Shown here: positions 1-11,904 of the stretch, one piece after another
How the letters are laid out: each line of letters begins with the position of its first letter
Position numbering within the stretch: position 1 is the first letter of the stretch
Assembly: GCA_013265495.1 (NCBI GenBank)
Contig: MU058844.1
Coordinates: 7,873,260 to 7,937,259 of the forward strand
Source: Vicugna vicugna
Lineage: Eukaryota
Direction: 5' to 3'
Length of the DNA: 64,000 bases
Position numbers and translations under genes: made by a program
The notes under the pieces: generated by a model
Seen by the model: only the letters and a program-made list of their open reading frames with translations
Databases searched by the model: none
What the model was told of the DNA's origin: nothing

Positions 1-328
1 TGGTTAGGGAGCGAAGCGAGACTGAGCAGAGGGAGAAACTGACCTGAAATGCAATTGCAAGAGAGGCCTTAGTCCACCTGTAGAAGTTCTGGAACTGGGC
101 TAGCTCTTCAGAGAAGCCCCAGGTTAAGGGAAGGAAGCTGGGCATTTTTGCCTCCACCTTTATCTGTCATGGATGCAGCTGCCTCTGGGAAAGAGCCATA
201 AACTTGGGCAAAGCGGCTCCCTTTGGTCGACGGCCATGCCAAGCAGGGCCTCAGCTGTGAGTTGTTAGCAGTCAACGTTCCTAGCAGCTGGATTCAGCAC
301 GGGCTGGCTCACCGTATTCTCTGCAACA
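1..328 (-). mobile_element. ERVL-class LTR (LTR16-like), 3' LTR of the adjacent minus-strand internal sequence; runs off the window start
   Basis: The minus strand starts TGTTGCAGAGAA at 328 and continues ...CCAGCTGCTAGGAACGTTGACTGCTAACAACTCACAGCTGAGGCCC...AAGGGAGCCGCTTTGCCCAAG, resembling the recalled LTR16 consensus. It abuts ERVL internal sequence. Confidence 0.65.
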
Positions 329-1913
329 GACCGCACTTTGTGTGCTTGAATCTACCTGCTTTTATCTAAGTTCACCCACCTGGAAATAACTCCTCCAGGA
401 TTCTGGTTTATCTCTTTTCCTCTGTAAATTTGCAAGAACAAAGTCAGTGGGTGTTTTACAGTCCTCATAATTGCAACAGTTCCTGGAGATAAAATTCATT
501 TTCCCTCTCCCCTGCTGATCATTCCAGGCTCCCCTTGGCTAGCACATACACTGGTTTAGGTGTGGGGTAACAGACGTTTATTCTGGGCATCTGTTCACTA
601 AGTCTTTCTCTGCCAGGGCTGCGGCCCTTATTCATTCACCATCAAAATTGGGCAAAGAAATGACAAAGGACATCCACCTGGGTCATTTGGGGGCTAAATA
701 TATTCATTATGTAACAGAAGTTCTAGCTTCTCCTTAGGATCAGAGTCAATTACCCATTGCCAATATAGCAACTCCTTTCCTTGTCTGCTGGTCTCTTGGA
801 ACTAGGAGCTCAAAGTGATTTGGTGGCCACCATATAAAATTTCACAGGACTCTGTGTCCCCTGATAGAAGCATTCCCTCCCTGAGAACCAGGCTTTCTAT
901 AAGCTTCAGTTGGAGATTCAGTAAATATAAAGTCCCCAAGTGGATCATTGAGAGAGATATAGGTGAGAAACCCCTATTTCTAGTTCTGGGTAATAGTCCA
1001 CCTGTAGAAGTTCTGGAACTGGGCTAGCTCTTCGAAGCCCCAGGTTAAGGGAAGGAAGCTGGGCATTTTTGCCTCCACCTTTATCTGTCATGGATGCAGC
1101 TGCCTCTGGGAAAGAGCCATAAACTTGGGCAAAGCGGCTCCCTTTGGTCGACGGCCATGCCAAGCAGGGCCTCAGCTGTGAGTTGTTAGCAGTCAACGTT
1201 CCTAGCAGCTGGATTCAGCACGGGCTGGCTCACCGTATTCTCTGCAACAGACCGCACTTTGTGTGCTTGAATCTACCTGCTTTTATCTAAGTTCACCCAC
1301 CTGGAAATAACTCCTCCAGGATTCTGGTTTATCTCTTTTCCTCTGTAAATTTGCAAGAACAAAGTCAGTGGGTGTTTTACAGTCCTCATAATTGCAACAG
1401 TTCCTGGAGATAAAATTCATTTTCCCTCTCCCCTGCTGATCATTCCAGGCTCCCCTTGGCTAGCACATACACTGGTTTAGGTGTGGGGTAACAGACGTTC
1501 ATTCTGGGCATCTGTTCACTAAGTCTTTCTCTGCCAGGGCTGCGGCCCTTATTCATTCACCATCAAAATTGGGCAAAGAAATGACAAAGGACATCCACCT
1601 GGGTCATTTGGGGGCTAAATATATTCATTATGTAACAGAAGTTCTAGCTTCTCCTTAGGATCAGAGTCAATTACCCATTGCCAATATAGCAACTCCTTTC
1701 CTTGTCTGCTGGTCTCTTGGAACTAGGAGCTCAAAGTGATTTGGTGGCCACCATATAAAATTTCACAGGACTCTGTGTCCCCTGATAGAAGCATTCCCTC
1801 CCTGAGAACCAGGCTTTCTATAAGCTTCAGTTGGAGATTCAGTAAATATAAAGTCCCCAAGTGGATCATTGAGAGAGATATAGGTGAGAAACCCCTATTT
1901 CTAGTTCTGGGTA
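70..1913. repeat. Tandem direct duplication of ~920 bp (copy 1: 70-992; copy 2: 994-1913)
   Basis: The copies match except for a 3-bp indel near 1034 (TTCAGAGAAG vs TTCGAAG) and T579/C1500. ORFs starting at 815 and 1736 have identical N-termini (offset 921). Confidence 0.97.
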
Positions 1914-2590
1914 CTGGTCCTTGCAGTCCAACTCAGGACAGAGTGCTTTTTCATGGTTGCCAGTTAGGGTGTATGCTGTGTCCTGGAGGATGAGGCCCTG
2001 TCCTTACAGAGTACCATCTCTAAGGCAGCACTTAGGTTGCAACTTTAAAATCCATTCCATTGCTCTGTCAGGCCAGAAGTTTCCGGGTGGTTTGGTAGGT
2101 GAGAGGACCAGTGCATCTCAAGTCACGTGCTCACTGCTACCACTCCTTTGCTTAGAGGGGATCTTGGTATGAGGCATGCTACATCACGTATCTTATCAGT
2201 GGGTCAAATAACTATAAACCCTCATAGAGGGATGCTGGCTAAGGCTTTCTGCAGGCAAGTCAAACAAACAAATATATGGAATACATGTCAATTCCAGACA
2301 AATCACTGACTTCCACAATGCAAGGAATTTAGTGTACTCACTGTCCTACCAATTAACTCTTTAGTCTCCTTGAAGGATGGGACCATACTGAGGTACAATA
2401 TTGGTCTGTTCTGTTGGCAGGTAAAACACTCAACAGCGGTACCCTTGGTGAATGGGAGTCCTGACACCATTACTATTGCATGCCTGAGCCCACTGTGCTA
2501 GTAGCAGAGTGGTGGCTGACAGAGGTTGACTGACATCAACTGACCAAGGCTTTCTATCTGTTTTGCTGTTTAATGTCTACTGTGTCCATT
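329..2590 (-). mobile_element. Degraded ERVL internal region (integrase plus dUTPase-like part of pol), containing a tandem duplication
   Basis: Minus-strand translations: ~735-832 WPPNHFELLVPRDQQTRKGVAILA (ERVL dUTPase-like LPPGHFGLLVPRDQQAKKGV); ~1960-2100 HPETSGLTEQWNG..LILQDTAYTL (integrase HPEAAGLIERWNG..LQDAVYAL); ~2490-2545 VDVSQPLSA..LAQWA. Many stops and frameshifts. Confidence 0.8.
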
Positions 2591-2819
2591 TTCAATTGAT
2601 TGCCTCTCAGCTCTGAATGTCCCCTTCAGTATATGCATCGTACCAAATAACAGGTTCCTTTAAGGGGAGCTCGATGTTAAACTGTCTCAGTACAAGGTGC
2701 TAGAGAAGTCTTAGAGGAAGAAGGGAAATCTTGGAGTAGCCAGTGTGGGCTGGGGGTCAGCAGTATGAGTGAAGGACATCCAGGAGAACCTAGCCCAGTA
2801 ATGGACCTGGCACATCTTC

Positions 2820-3785
2820 CCTGCGTTGCCTCAAAGCCATTTCAATTGTCATATTCTCTACCTTAATCAGAACATAGGGGACCTAGGGAACTTGTTCACT
2901 TTCTCACCCCACACTGGTTCACTATGTTCTGGCCATCACACCAGTTGGATATGCTAAGCAGGCTGTAGCAAATACCTTAGGAGATGATCAGTATCAGAAA
3001 GAAATACAGTCTATAAAATTTCTGAAGCCCGGCATCTTAGTGAAGTTTCTAAGGAGGTCAATGGTGTAGAGAATGCTAGAAATCCCTTCAAAGGATAATT
3101 GCTATACTCAGCACCACTTAGTACTGAAGAAGAGTCATAATGTCTAGTGGACAGTTTTGTATTTTGAAGGCCAATGTCATACTTGAGTGTCCTGTTCTGA
3201 TCCATTAAACAAGGAACCATACATCTGAGAGTTATGGGGCTTAAAGCAAAAGAAGACTCTACATCATGTAGAGTAGTAGTGAAATGTGTTTATCAATTGG
3301 ATTTTATGGCCCAGAAAGTCCAATGATATCTAAACTGTCCAAGGCCAGGAGGGCACTATACAGAGCCTTTGGCCAGCCCCAAAAGGAGAATCATATTGCA
3401 AACCACCCAAGCAATAGAAGTAAAACCATATCCTCTTCTGCAAACAACTACTCTGCTCGCTGCTGGCCCCCGGAAAAGACTGAATATCTGACCAGAGAGC
3501 ATCTGAAGACCTTGAAACATGTCATGGGCTGTTTTTCAACTGATCTACCAAGTTGGAGTCCAGTCACGCAAAGCAGCAATTCACAACCAAGTGGAAATGG
3601 TGTCAAAGATGTCAAGCTAAAGCGAGTCTTCAAAAGCACAAGTAAGTTAAATGAACAGACGGCTCAGATGTCTACAGCACCTGGTCCCGCTGCACTGCTC
3701 CCTCTGCCTTCACCCACTCTCACAGCCTTAAAAGGGTTCCTCATGATTAGCTGATGACAGAAAGCTCAGGCCAGGTTTACAAGAG
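2820..3785 (+). mobile_element. Degraded ERVL pol: reverse transcriptase and connection domain up to the start of RNase H
   Basis: ~2911 TLVHYVLAITPVGYAKQAVANTL (cf. TLVHYIDDIMLIG..EVANTL; catalytic DD lost); SSANNYS, EKTEYLT, HAKQQFTTKWKW, TSKLNEQTAQM; ends near GVP..DQL..RFTRG (cf. WFTDG). Confidence 0.8.
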
Positions 3786-3824
3786 GTATTAAGAAGATAC
3801 TACAAGATATTACAGTAAAATGGT

Positions 3825-4185
3825 ATATGGTCACACAACAGAATACTATTCAAGAATGAAAATGAATGAACAGTAACTATACGTCTAAAATACATTGATC
3901 ATAAAAGTGTAATTAGTGAAATATTTTATTGGATAAGAGTGTATGTATTATAACACCATTTATAAAAGGGTCTAAGACCAGAAAGCTAAACATAAAACAG
4001 TTAGAAGCACGTGATAGCAAAGCAAGGGATGATTGACACACAATGTACGATTTGGTTACTTCTGTGTATTTGAGGTGAGGAGTGGCGTTAATTCTGTTAG
4101 AGAAACAGAGGCCTTCAAAGGAACGGGCGGTGTTATATTTCTTAAGCTTATGATGGGTATATGAGTGTTAAGCTTATTATCACTC
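3825..4185 (+). mobile_element. Old L1 (L1ME-like) 3' end fragment
   Basis: AACAGAATACTATTCAAGAATGAAAATGAATGAA and a terminal TGTTATATTTCTTAAGCTTATGATGGGTATATGAGTG resemble old L1 3' UTRs. Confidence 0.55.
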
Positions 4186-4191
4186 TTTTTG

Positions 4192-4360
4192 CTAGTGGCT
4201 CTCAATCCAGGCTGCACGTTGGACTCATCTAAAGAGCTTAGAAAACCAAGAACAGAAACCAAAAACTGATGCCCTGGCACGGATTTATTTATCCTGAGCT
4301 GCCTGGGTTCAAATGTTATCCAAGTGACTCTGACACACAACTAGGCTTGCGGAGCACTGC
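4192..4360. mobile_element. MER5-like hAT-Charlie MITE
   Basis: Starts CTAGTGGCTCTCAATCCAGGCTGCACGTTGGACTCATCT and ends GGAGCACTG, i.e. degenerate CAGTG/CACTG TIRs. Confidence 0.6.
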
Positions 4361-5080
4361 TTTGCATATACTCTTTTATATGTATTTTTATGTATTTCAT
4401 GATTTTTTTAGAACCCCAAAGACACCAGAAATGAAGCAATTCTCCATCCAGCCTCGTGGTGATGTATTGACCCATTCTGCTCTGCGCTTCATGTCAGCCA
4501 GGTCATGTGTGAGTTTATGGGCCTTTAGAGACCAGCCGTATAAATGTTCTCATGAGGTAATGACCATTCCCAGCCGAACTCAGTCAACCCTCTTTGCTCT
4601 TTCCCTTCATCACCACCTCCTCTGCAGACGAATTCTACCCTGGCCTAGCAAACTCCCTGCATCGGAACCACAGGCATTCTCCTTTGTGCTATTTCCTCTC
4701 GGATTTTTTCTGTTTCTCTCTTCTCTCTTATTGTTTCACTTTTCTCTGCCTTCCTGCCTTCAGGCCCTGTCACCTTGGCTTTCTTCTTTCCTCCTTGACA
4801 ATTTCATTGCGTGCTTTTCTTTCCACTGCTTTTCCTTCATGGAAATGTCTACACGCTGACTCAGTGTTTAGACTCTTTCTAAATGAAGGCGATTATTTTA
4901 GAACGAAAAGAAGAAATAAAATGCATTAACTAAGGACCTTGTCTCCTCAAGTGGTAAAAGTAAAAAAGAAAAAGAAATTGTGAAATGGGGATATTAATTC
5001 TGACAGCTCTCTCAGGTTTTTCTCTACTTTTATAAGTTCCTAAAAGTTATACAGGAGTGGAATCAATAGCCAAGGTTCTC

Positions 5081-5209
5081 TTTGTTGTTTAGTTTGTTTG
5101 TTTACTTTTTTTCTTTTCTTCTTCCTCTCTTAACAGAGGCACTGGGGGTTGAACCCAAGACCTCATGCACACCAAGCATGCATCCTACCACTGAGCAATA
5201 CCTCCACCC
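5081..5209 (-). mobile_element. tRNA-derived SINE, vic-1-like (camelid)
   Basis: Minus strand reads GGGTGGAGGTATTGCTCAGTGGTAGGATGCATGCTTGGTGTGCATGAGGTCTTGGGTTCAACCCCCAGTGCCTC, with A box, B box and an A-rich tail. GCCAAG on both flanks is a partial TSD. Confidence 0.8.
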
Positions 5210-6579
5210 ATGCCAAGTTTTTAAATGTCACTTCTTCAGTGCAGTACTTTAATATTTCTAAGAAACAGTATATTTTAAATATCCTTGAATCTGAATCAAA
5301 GATATCAAATGTGTAGAAATGAAAGTATGATCATTTAGGATGAAACTCAAGGAACTGAGCCTAATAAAACAAATACTAGCTTTATTTTTATCATGTAAGC
5401 AAAGTGTGAAAATTCAAGCTAATAACACACTGGGGAAATTTAAGACATGAAACATTTCAAATTCCATTACCAAATGTGAGCTGTGTAAATGTTAATGGGA
5501 TGCTGAGAATAATTACAATTTTTCACTAGCAAGTTAGAGAACTGCACTGGGACATTTCAAAGGTTTTTGTTATGCAAGATATTGCAAATGAAATATTTTC
5601 CTAACACCTTTGAAGGGCCAATTTGTTATCCTAAATAGTTAATACAAATAGAAAATAGAGTATTTCCTGAAAAAAGGTCAAATTTTTCAGATTTTAATTT
5701 ATTTTTGGATTGGAAGCATCTTGGAAAGAAGGAAAGGTATGAGGTTTATTCAAATGTTTATGACTTTTCCCAAAATATTTTCTCAAAATATTTAATAAAA
5801 ACGAAGTTTAGCGATCATAGTTTCCCAAACATACTAGCAGAGACAGAAAAATACCAGTTGCCAAGAAATGAACATTAGGATTATTACGTAAAAGTAGTTA
5901 ACCTTCGAGATAAGACTGATTCCTTTAAGTATATTTCAAAAGATTCCTAGCTCCCAGACAGGAAACTTAGAGGTCAAAGTAGTCTTTTCAGGAAAGAAAC
6001 TAAGATTAGGCAATTAACCTTTTAATCCACTTAACAGTTCAAACTCCCTTCATTTCAAAGTTGCACAGGCAGCACAGAGATAATTGTTGGAGTTTAAAAG
6101 GGTGTTTACGAGAGATTATGGTGTATGTGTGTGTGTACAGAGAAATTTGATCATTAAAGTAAAAAAGACAAAGCTAAGTGAGGACATGTTTACTTTACAT
6201 AGTTTTTATGGAGGTTGAATTTAAAGTCATTATTTTTATATCTCAATAATTTAAGGTGGTGATGAGTATTACATCCTGCATTTCAAATATTTACACATAA
6301 ATAGTATATTTGGATAAACACAAATACCCACTTATTCACGTCGTAGAGTCCAGTAAGATATGTACAAAGATGACGTGGGGCAGAACCAAAACAAATAGCG
6401 TACTCGTGGAAGCGGATATGAGACGAAGGTGAATATTTCAAACAGCGTCGACAAAGAAGTGTTAGCATCTTTATGCTTCCATCCAGTTGGGGATGTTTGT
6501 TTTCAGTCTGAGTAGACTTCAAACAGGAAGTTTTTAAACTAGAAGAATTTTTAAATGTCCAACTTTTTCTGATAATACA

Positions 6580-6990
6580 GAGACTAAAATTAGGCTATTG
6601 CTTATCTCACATAATATGGTATCCAGAGGAAAAGCAGACTCATTGGTTGATTCAACAGCCTGAAAACACTTTTTTCAAGAATCAGTTAGGGATTTATTTT
6701 TTTCTCAGTCTTTCTGTTCTTCCATCCTTCATGCTGGGACTGGTAGTAAGGTGGCTGTATAATTTTCAGATGTTTAATCCAGATCCAGCAATATGCCTAC
6801 AAAGAAGGCTCTTTTAAGAGTAAGAATATTTTCCCTAAAATCCTCCAACACTTCTAATATTTCCTGTGACAGAATGGCCATATTCTTTTTGGAACACATC
6901 TCTGGCAAGGAGTAATTTAATGCCATGTGGCTGGACTATTCATTTAGGGTAGAATGGATGTTAGGGAGAAAACTCCAGTATTCATTACAC
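6580..6990 (-). mobile_element. Old MaLR LTR (MLT1K/L-like)
   Basis: TTATCTCACATAA...TCCAGAGG, CTCTTTTAAGAGTAAGAA...TTCCCTAAAATCCTCC resemble reverse-strand MLT1. Confidence 0.5.
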
Positions 6991-7174
6991 AATATAATTT
7001 AGCACATAGGGCATTCTTTATTTCACTTATTTAATAAGTACTTCTTAGGTGTCTGCTATATGTCACTAGAGATGCAGTAGTAAACAGTGCAGCCATTGGT
7101 TTTGAGCTCATGTAGCTGACAGTCTGGCTAGAAAGACAGTCCTTAAAATTTTGGAAATAATCAAATGACTAAAT

Positions 7175-9015
7175 TTTTAAAAAATATTATTGGATATAAC
7201 AAAATATGTACAAGATCTATATGAGAAAAACTATCAAACTACTGAAAAAACTCAAAGAACAAAATAAATGGAGAGATACTCCATTTCCATGTATAGGAGT
7301 ATCAAGATGTCAGTTTTTCCCAACTTGGTTATAGGTGTGATGCAGCCTCAATCAAAGTATCAGGAAGTTCTTTTGTGAATATCCACAAATCAATTCTGAA
7401 GTTTATATTAAGATGTAAAAGACATAAATAGCTGACATAATGTGAAAGAAGAAGAATAAACTTGGAGGACTGATACCACCTGAGATAAGACTTACTATAA
7501 ACCTACAGTAATCAAGATAAGAAGGTATTAGTGAAAGAACAAATAGGTCAGCAGAACAGAAATCTCAGAAATAGACCCACAGGTAGTCAAGTGATCTCTG
7601 ACCAAAGAGCAAAGGCGATACAATGGAGCAAAGACAGTATCTCCAACAAATGGTGCTAGAACTGGACATCCACATGAAAAAAATGAATTCAGGCACAGAA
7701 CTTACACTCTACACGAAAGTAAACTGAAAATGGGTCCCTGACCTAATGTAAAGCGCTGAACTATAAGACCTACAGAAGATAACGTAGGAGAAAATCTAGA
7801 TGATTCTGGGTATGGCAATAACTTCTAGATACAATACCAAAGGAATGATTGATGAAAGAAATAACTGACAGGCTGGACTTGATTAAAATTAAAAACTTCT
7901 GCTCTGCAAAATACACTGTCAAGAGAATGAGCAGATAAGCCACAGACTGGGAAAAAAATTTGCAAAAGACATATGTGATAAAGGACTGTTCTACCAAATA
8001 TATAAAGAATTCTTATACTCAAAAAGAAGAAGTCAAACATCCTATGTAAAAAATGGGCCAAAGACTTTAGCAAAGAAGATACACAGAGGCAAATAAGCAT
8101 TTGAAAAGATGCTCCACATCTTTATGTCATGAAGGAAATTCAAATTAACACAATTAGATACCACTACATATGTATTAGAATGGCTACAATCCAAAACACT
8201 GACAACAGATGAAGATGTGCAGCACTATGAACTGGAATGCAAAATGCAACAGCCACTTTAGAAGAGTGTTTGGCAGTTTCTTACAAAAGCTAAACATCTT
8301 ACTGCAAAATCTAGCAATCATGCTGTTTGTTATTTAGGCAAATGAGCTGACAATTGTCCACACAAAAACTTGCACACAGGCATTTACAGTAGCTTTATTA
8401 ATAACTGCCAAAACTTGGAAGGAACCAAGATGTCCTTCAGTAGGTGAACAGATAAACAACAGTACATCTGAACAATGGAATATTATTCAGGGCTAAAATG
8501 AAATGAGCTATCAAGCCATGAAAAGACATGGAGAAACTTGACATACATATTAAAAAATCAAAGAAGTCAACCTGAAAAGGCTATATATGTTGTACGATTT
8601 CAACTATATGACACTCTGGGAAAGGCAAAATATGGAGACAGTAAAGAAAAATTAGTAGTTCTAAGGGTTGTGGGAGAGGGAGGGATGAGCAGTCAGAGAA
8701 CAGAAGATTTTTAAGGCAGTCTAATGACTTATTCTGTATGTTATGATGATGGATACATGTCATTATACATTTGTTAAAACCCATAGAATGTGCAAGCCCA
8801 AGAGTGAACCCTAATTTAAACTATGAACTTTGGGTGATCATGATGTGTTGATAGGTTCATAGACGGTAACAAATGTACCACTCTGGTTGGAGATGTTGAT
8901 TGTAGGGGAGACTGTGCATGCGCTGGGGCAGGGAGTATATGGGAACTCAGCACTCTCCACTCAATTTTTCTGTGAGCTTGAAACTGCCCTAAAAAATTTA
9001 GTCTACTGAAAAAAT
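7175..9015 (+). mobile_element. L1 (L1MC1/2-like) ORF2 3' part plus 3' UTR, inserted into a minus-strand L2
   Basis: ORF2-like sequence (AATAAATGGAGAGATACTCCAT, GACTTACTATAAACCTACAGTAATCAAG). 3' UTR GAGTGAACCCTAATTTAAACTATGAACTTTGGGTGATCATGATGTG...TGTACCACTCTGG. L2-like flanks at ~7020-7170 and ~9020-9170. Confidence 0.9.
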
Positions 9016-9199
9016 ACTATCGTACCTTTAATGAGGTAGTGGTATAGTAGTCAGGGGGGAACTCCTTATGCATGGGGAGTGGGCAGCACTCAGGGAAGGA
9101 TTGCTTAAGGAAATGACCTCAGAGACATAAAGGTGTTTAAGAATTGCCAGGCAAAGAGGATGGGTTGACATGGGGTAGCAGCGGGAGAGAGAAGGCCAA

Positions 9200-9752
9200 T
9201 GTATCCCCTGGCTAATGCTTATATTGTTTCTCCATATCTATCTTCTCTTTCTGTTCAAATAGTAAGATTATATTTATATCCCAGATGACAGATTCAGATA
9301 CAATAACATGGGAAGGAAGAAGAAATGATCTTTAAAGAAAAACAGTTATTTAACCCAAATTTTTAGCTGGATATATGCATTCAAAATAAAAACTACATTT
9401 CCCAGCTTTCCTTGCATCCAGGTGTGGCCGTTTATTTAAATTCTAATAAATGGTATGGATACAGAAATACATATGGCACCTTCTAGGAACATTAAGAGAG
9501 AGAGAGTACATAGACCCTTTGCCTCTTCTGTTTTGTCCCTTTTTCCATCCTGCTCCTAGGTCACAGATGACACTATAGACAATGAAGTTGAAACCATACA
9601 TGGTGGAACACCAAGACAGAAGGATCATGGGTCCTAACCAACACACCCCTGTTAACTCTATGTGAACTTTTAAAAGAGAAATAAACTCTCTCATTTAAGC
9701 CAGGATTTTTGGACTTTATGTCACACAGCAGACCTTAATTCCAACTATCCTG
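9200..9752 (+). mobile_element. MaLR LTR (MLT1J-like)
   Basis: AAACTACATTTCCCAGCTTTCCTTGCA..GGTGTGGCC and AGAAATAAACTCTCTCATTTAAGCCA motifs. Confidence 0.7.
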
Positions 9753-9989
9753 ATAAGCAATGACCTTGGATAAAAGACTATGGCATATAGTAGGAGCTAA
9801 AGGGAGATCAACATGGCTGGTGTGGAATAGGCAGGAGACAATGGAAAAGTGTTTCAAGGTGATGTAGGTCTCATGTTAAATAGAGCCCTCAAGGCTCTGT
9901 TCAAAAATCTGGATGTAATTCTAGGAGCAACGCGAAGAGACTGAAGAGTTTTAAGCACAGAAGGAACATGATAAAAAAAAATTATATTT

Positions 9990-10422
9990 TAAGTCCACAA
10001 ACAATAAGTGCTGGAGGGGGTATGGAGAAAAGGGAAGCTCCTACATTGTCAGGTGGGAATGTAATTTGATGCAGCCATGCAGTATGGAGATTCCTTAAAA
10101 AACTACAAATAGACTTTCCCTATGATCTAGCAATCCCACTCTTGGGCAAATATCAGAGGAAATTGTAATTCAAAAAGACACATGCACCCCAATGTTCATA
10201 GCAGCACTATTTATAATAGCCAAGACACGGAAGCAACCTAATGTCCATCAGCAGATGACTGGATAAAGAAGATGTGGTATATTTATACAATGAAATACTA
10301 CTCAGCCATAAAAAGAATAAAATAATGCCATTTGCTGTAACATGGATGGACCTGGAGATTGTCATACTAAGGGAATAAGCCAGAAAGAGAAAGAAAAATA
10401 CCATATGTGGAACCTAAAAAAT
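9990..10422 (+). mobile_element. Young lineage L1, ORF2 C-terminal fragment ending at an internal A-run
   Basis: AAAGACACATGCACCCCAATGTTCATAGCAGCACTATT...TGGATGGACCTGGAGATTGTCATACTAAG; similar to 36108-36826. Confidence 0.9.
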
Positions 10423-11904
10423 CATAATAATTAACTCATGGTTCTTTGAACACTGAACAAATTTACAGATGTAAAAAATTTAGAGCAGTACCTGATACCT
10501 AAGTGCTTGATAACTGTCAGCTGTTGTGATTTATTGTTAGTTATTATTATCAACAAAAATGAGAGACTCGTCCTATTATCACTTGAATTATCACTCAAAT
10601 CTCCAAAGTGTGTTTCTCAGAACTCTCCTTCCAGAGGATAGTAACAGGCATTACATGAAAAAGCAAAAATACAAAAAAAAAACCTCATAATAAAAAGAGA
10701 TCCATAGATAATTATGTCAAGAAAACATCAACTAAGCAAAGTTTAACAGATTTTTTAGCAGAAATGTTATGTCTTTCTTATGTGAAACATATCTGATAAA
10801 GACAGGAAGCAAAGAATGCTGCATTTTTCTTATAATTAATAAACTGAAAGTTGACCCAGGCTGCCTTTGGTTGACTAGGTGAGATAAACTGGCTTGAAAT
10901 TGTGAAATTAGGGAGAAAGAGCCCTGTTTCTTAGTTTACATCTAAAAATCAGACACTACAATCAAGCTACAAAAAAAAAAAACAGATTACCTTCATTTTT
11001 TCCCCCTTATCAGAATTCAGTACTAAAATCATACATTTGTGAGAGTCTGAGAAACTACTGTTTCAATCAGAAGAACCTAATCTATCTTTGCTTTATCCTT
11101 AAGATCGTAATAGAAAATTAGTATGTGGCTGTATCAAATGATCACCTCACTTTGAATATGAAAATTTATTTAATGAAACCAACACAGAATGGAATCCTGA
11201 CCTTCCTGCATGTGAAAACCCATATATCTGAGTCAGTGATCTGAGTATATAAGGTATTTCAATGAAAATTCTACTGTTTTCAAGAAAAATTTGCTTTGTA
11301 TCTGAACAGGCGTATTGTTGTTTACTGATGGTTTTTAACAATTGCCAGGTGGCCACAAGCTAGTTCAAAAATTTTTACACATACATATAAATATTTCACT
11401 TGCTCTGAAATTTCTTAAAAAAATAAAAAATAAAACCTGCCACAAGTTGGCCTTTATTTCACCCCATACTTTTAGAGCTAGAAAGAACCTTAGCCATCAT
11501 CCAATCCAACTCTCTCTCTCATAATTGATGAAGACAGAAAATTGCATAACTTGTTCGGCCTAGAATGCAGGATTCCCAGATGTCAGTCCCATTTTCCACA
11601 TCAGTAATTTAGATTAATATGTCTTTTTTTTTTTCCAGTCCCCTGCTATCCACTACTGTGCTTAAGTTATTAAAGAAAGGGAAATAATGGGTGTTTGCTG
11701 AAACTTATAGAAGTTTGCAACTTATACATCACTATAAGCTCAGGGTCTTGTCTTCAGTTTTCAGATTTAAACAGTCAGGGTTTTTGGACCACACAAGGGT
11801 CAACTCATCCACGAGAACGTCCTTTTTCGCCTAATAAAAACCCTAACCCTTCCCTCAATAGCAATACCCACCCCCACATCCCTCTTTGTCCTTTTCCCCC
11901 TACT

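Noticed and set aside
3284..3754. 156-aa ORF as a possible domesticated retroviral gene
   Set aside because: It moves in and out of the ERVL pol frame, and the upstream RT catalytic motif is destroyed.
4269..4929. 196-aa and 111-aa hydrophobic ORFs
   Set aside because: They arise from a pyrimidine-rich low-complexity tract and a MER5 relic; no splice or domain support.
5135..5209. tRNA gene
   Set aside because: It has A and B boxes but an A-rich tail and no intact cloverleaf; it is a SINE.
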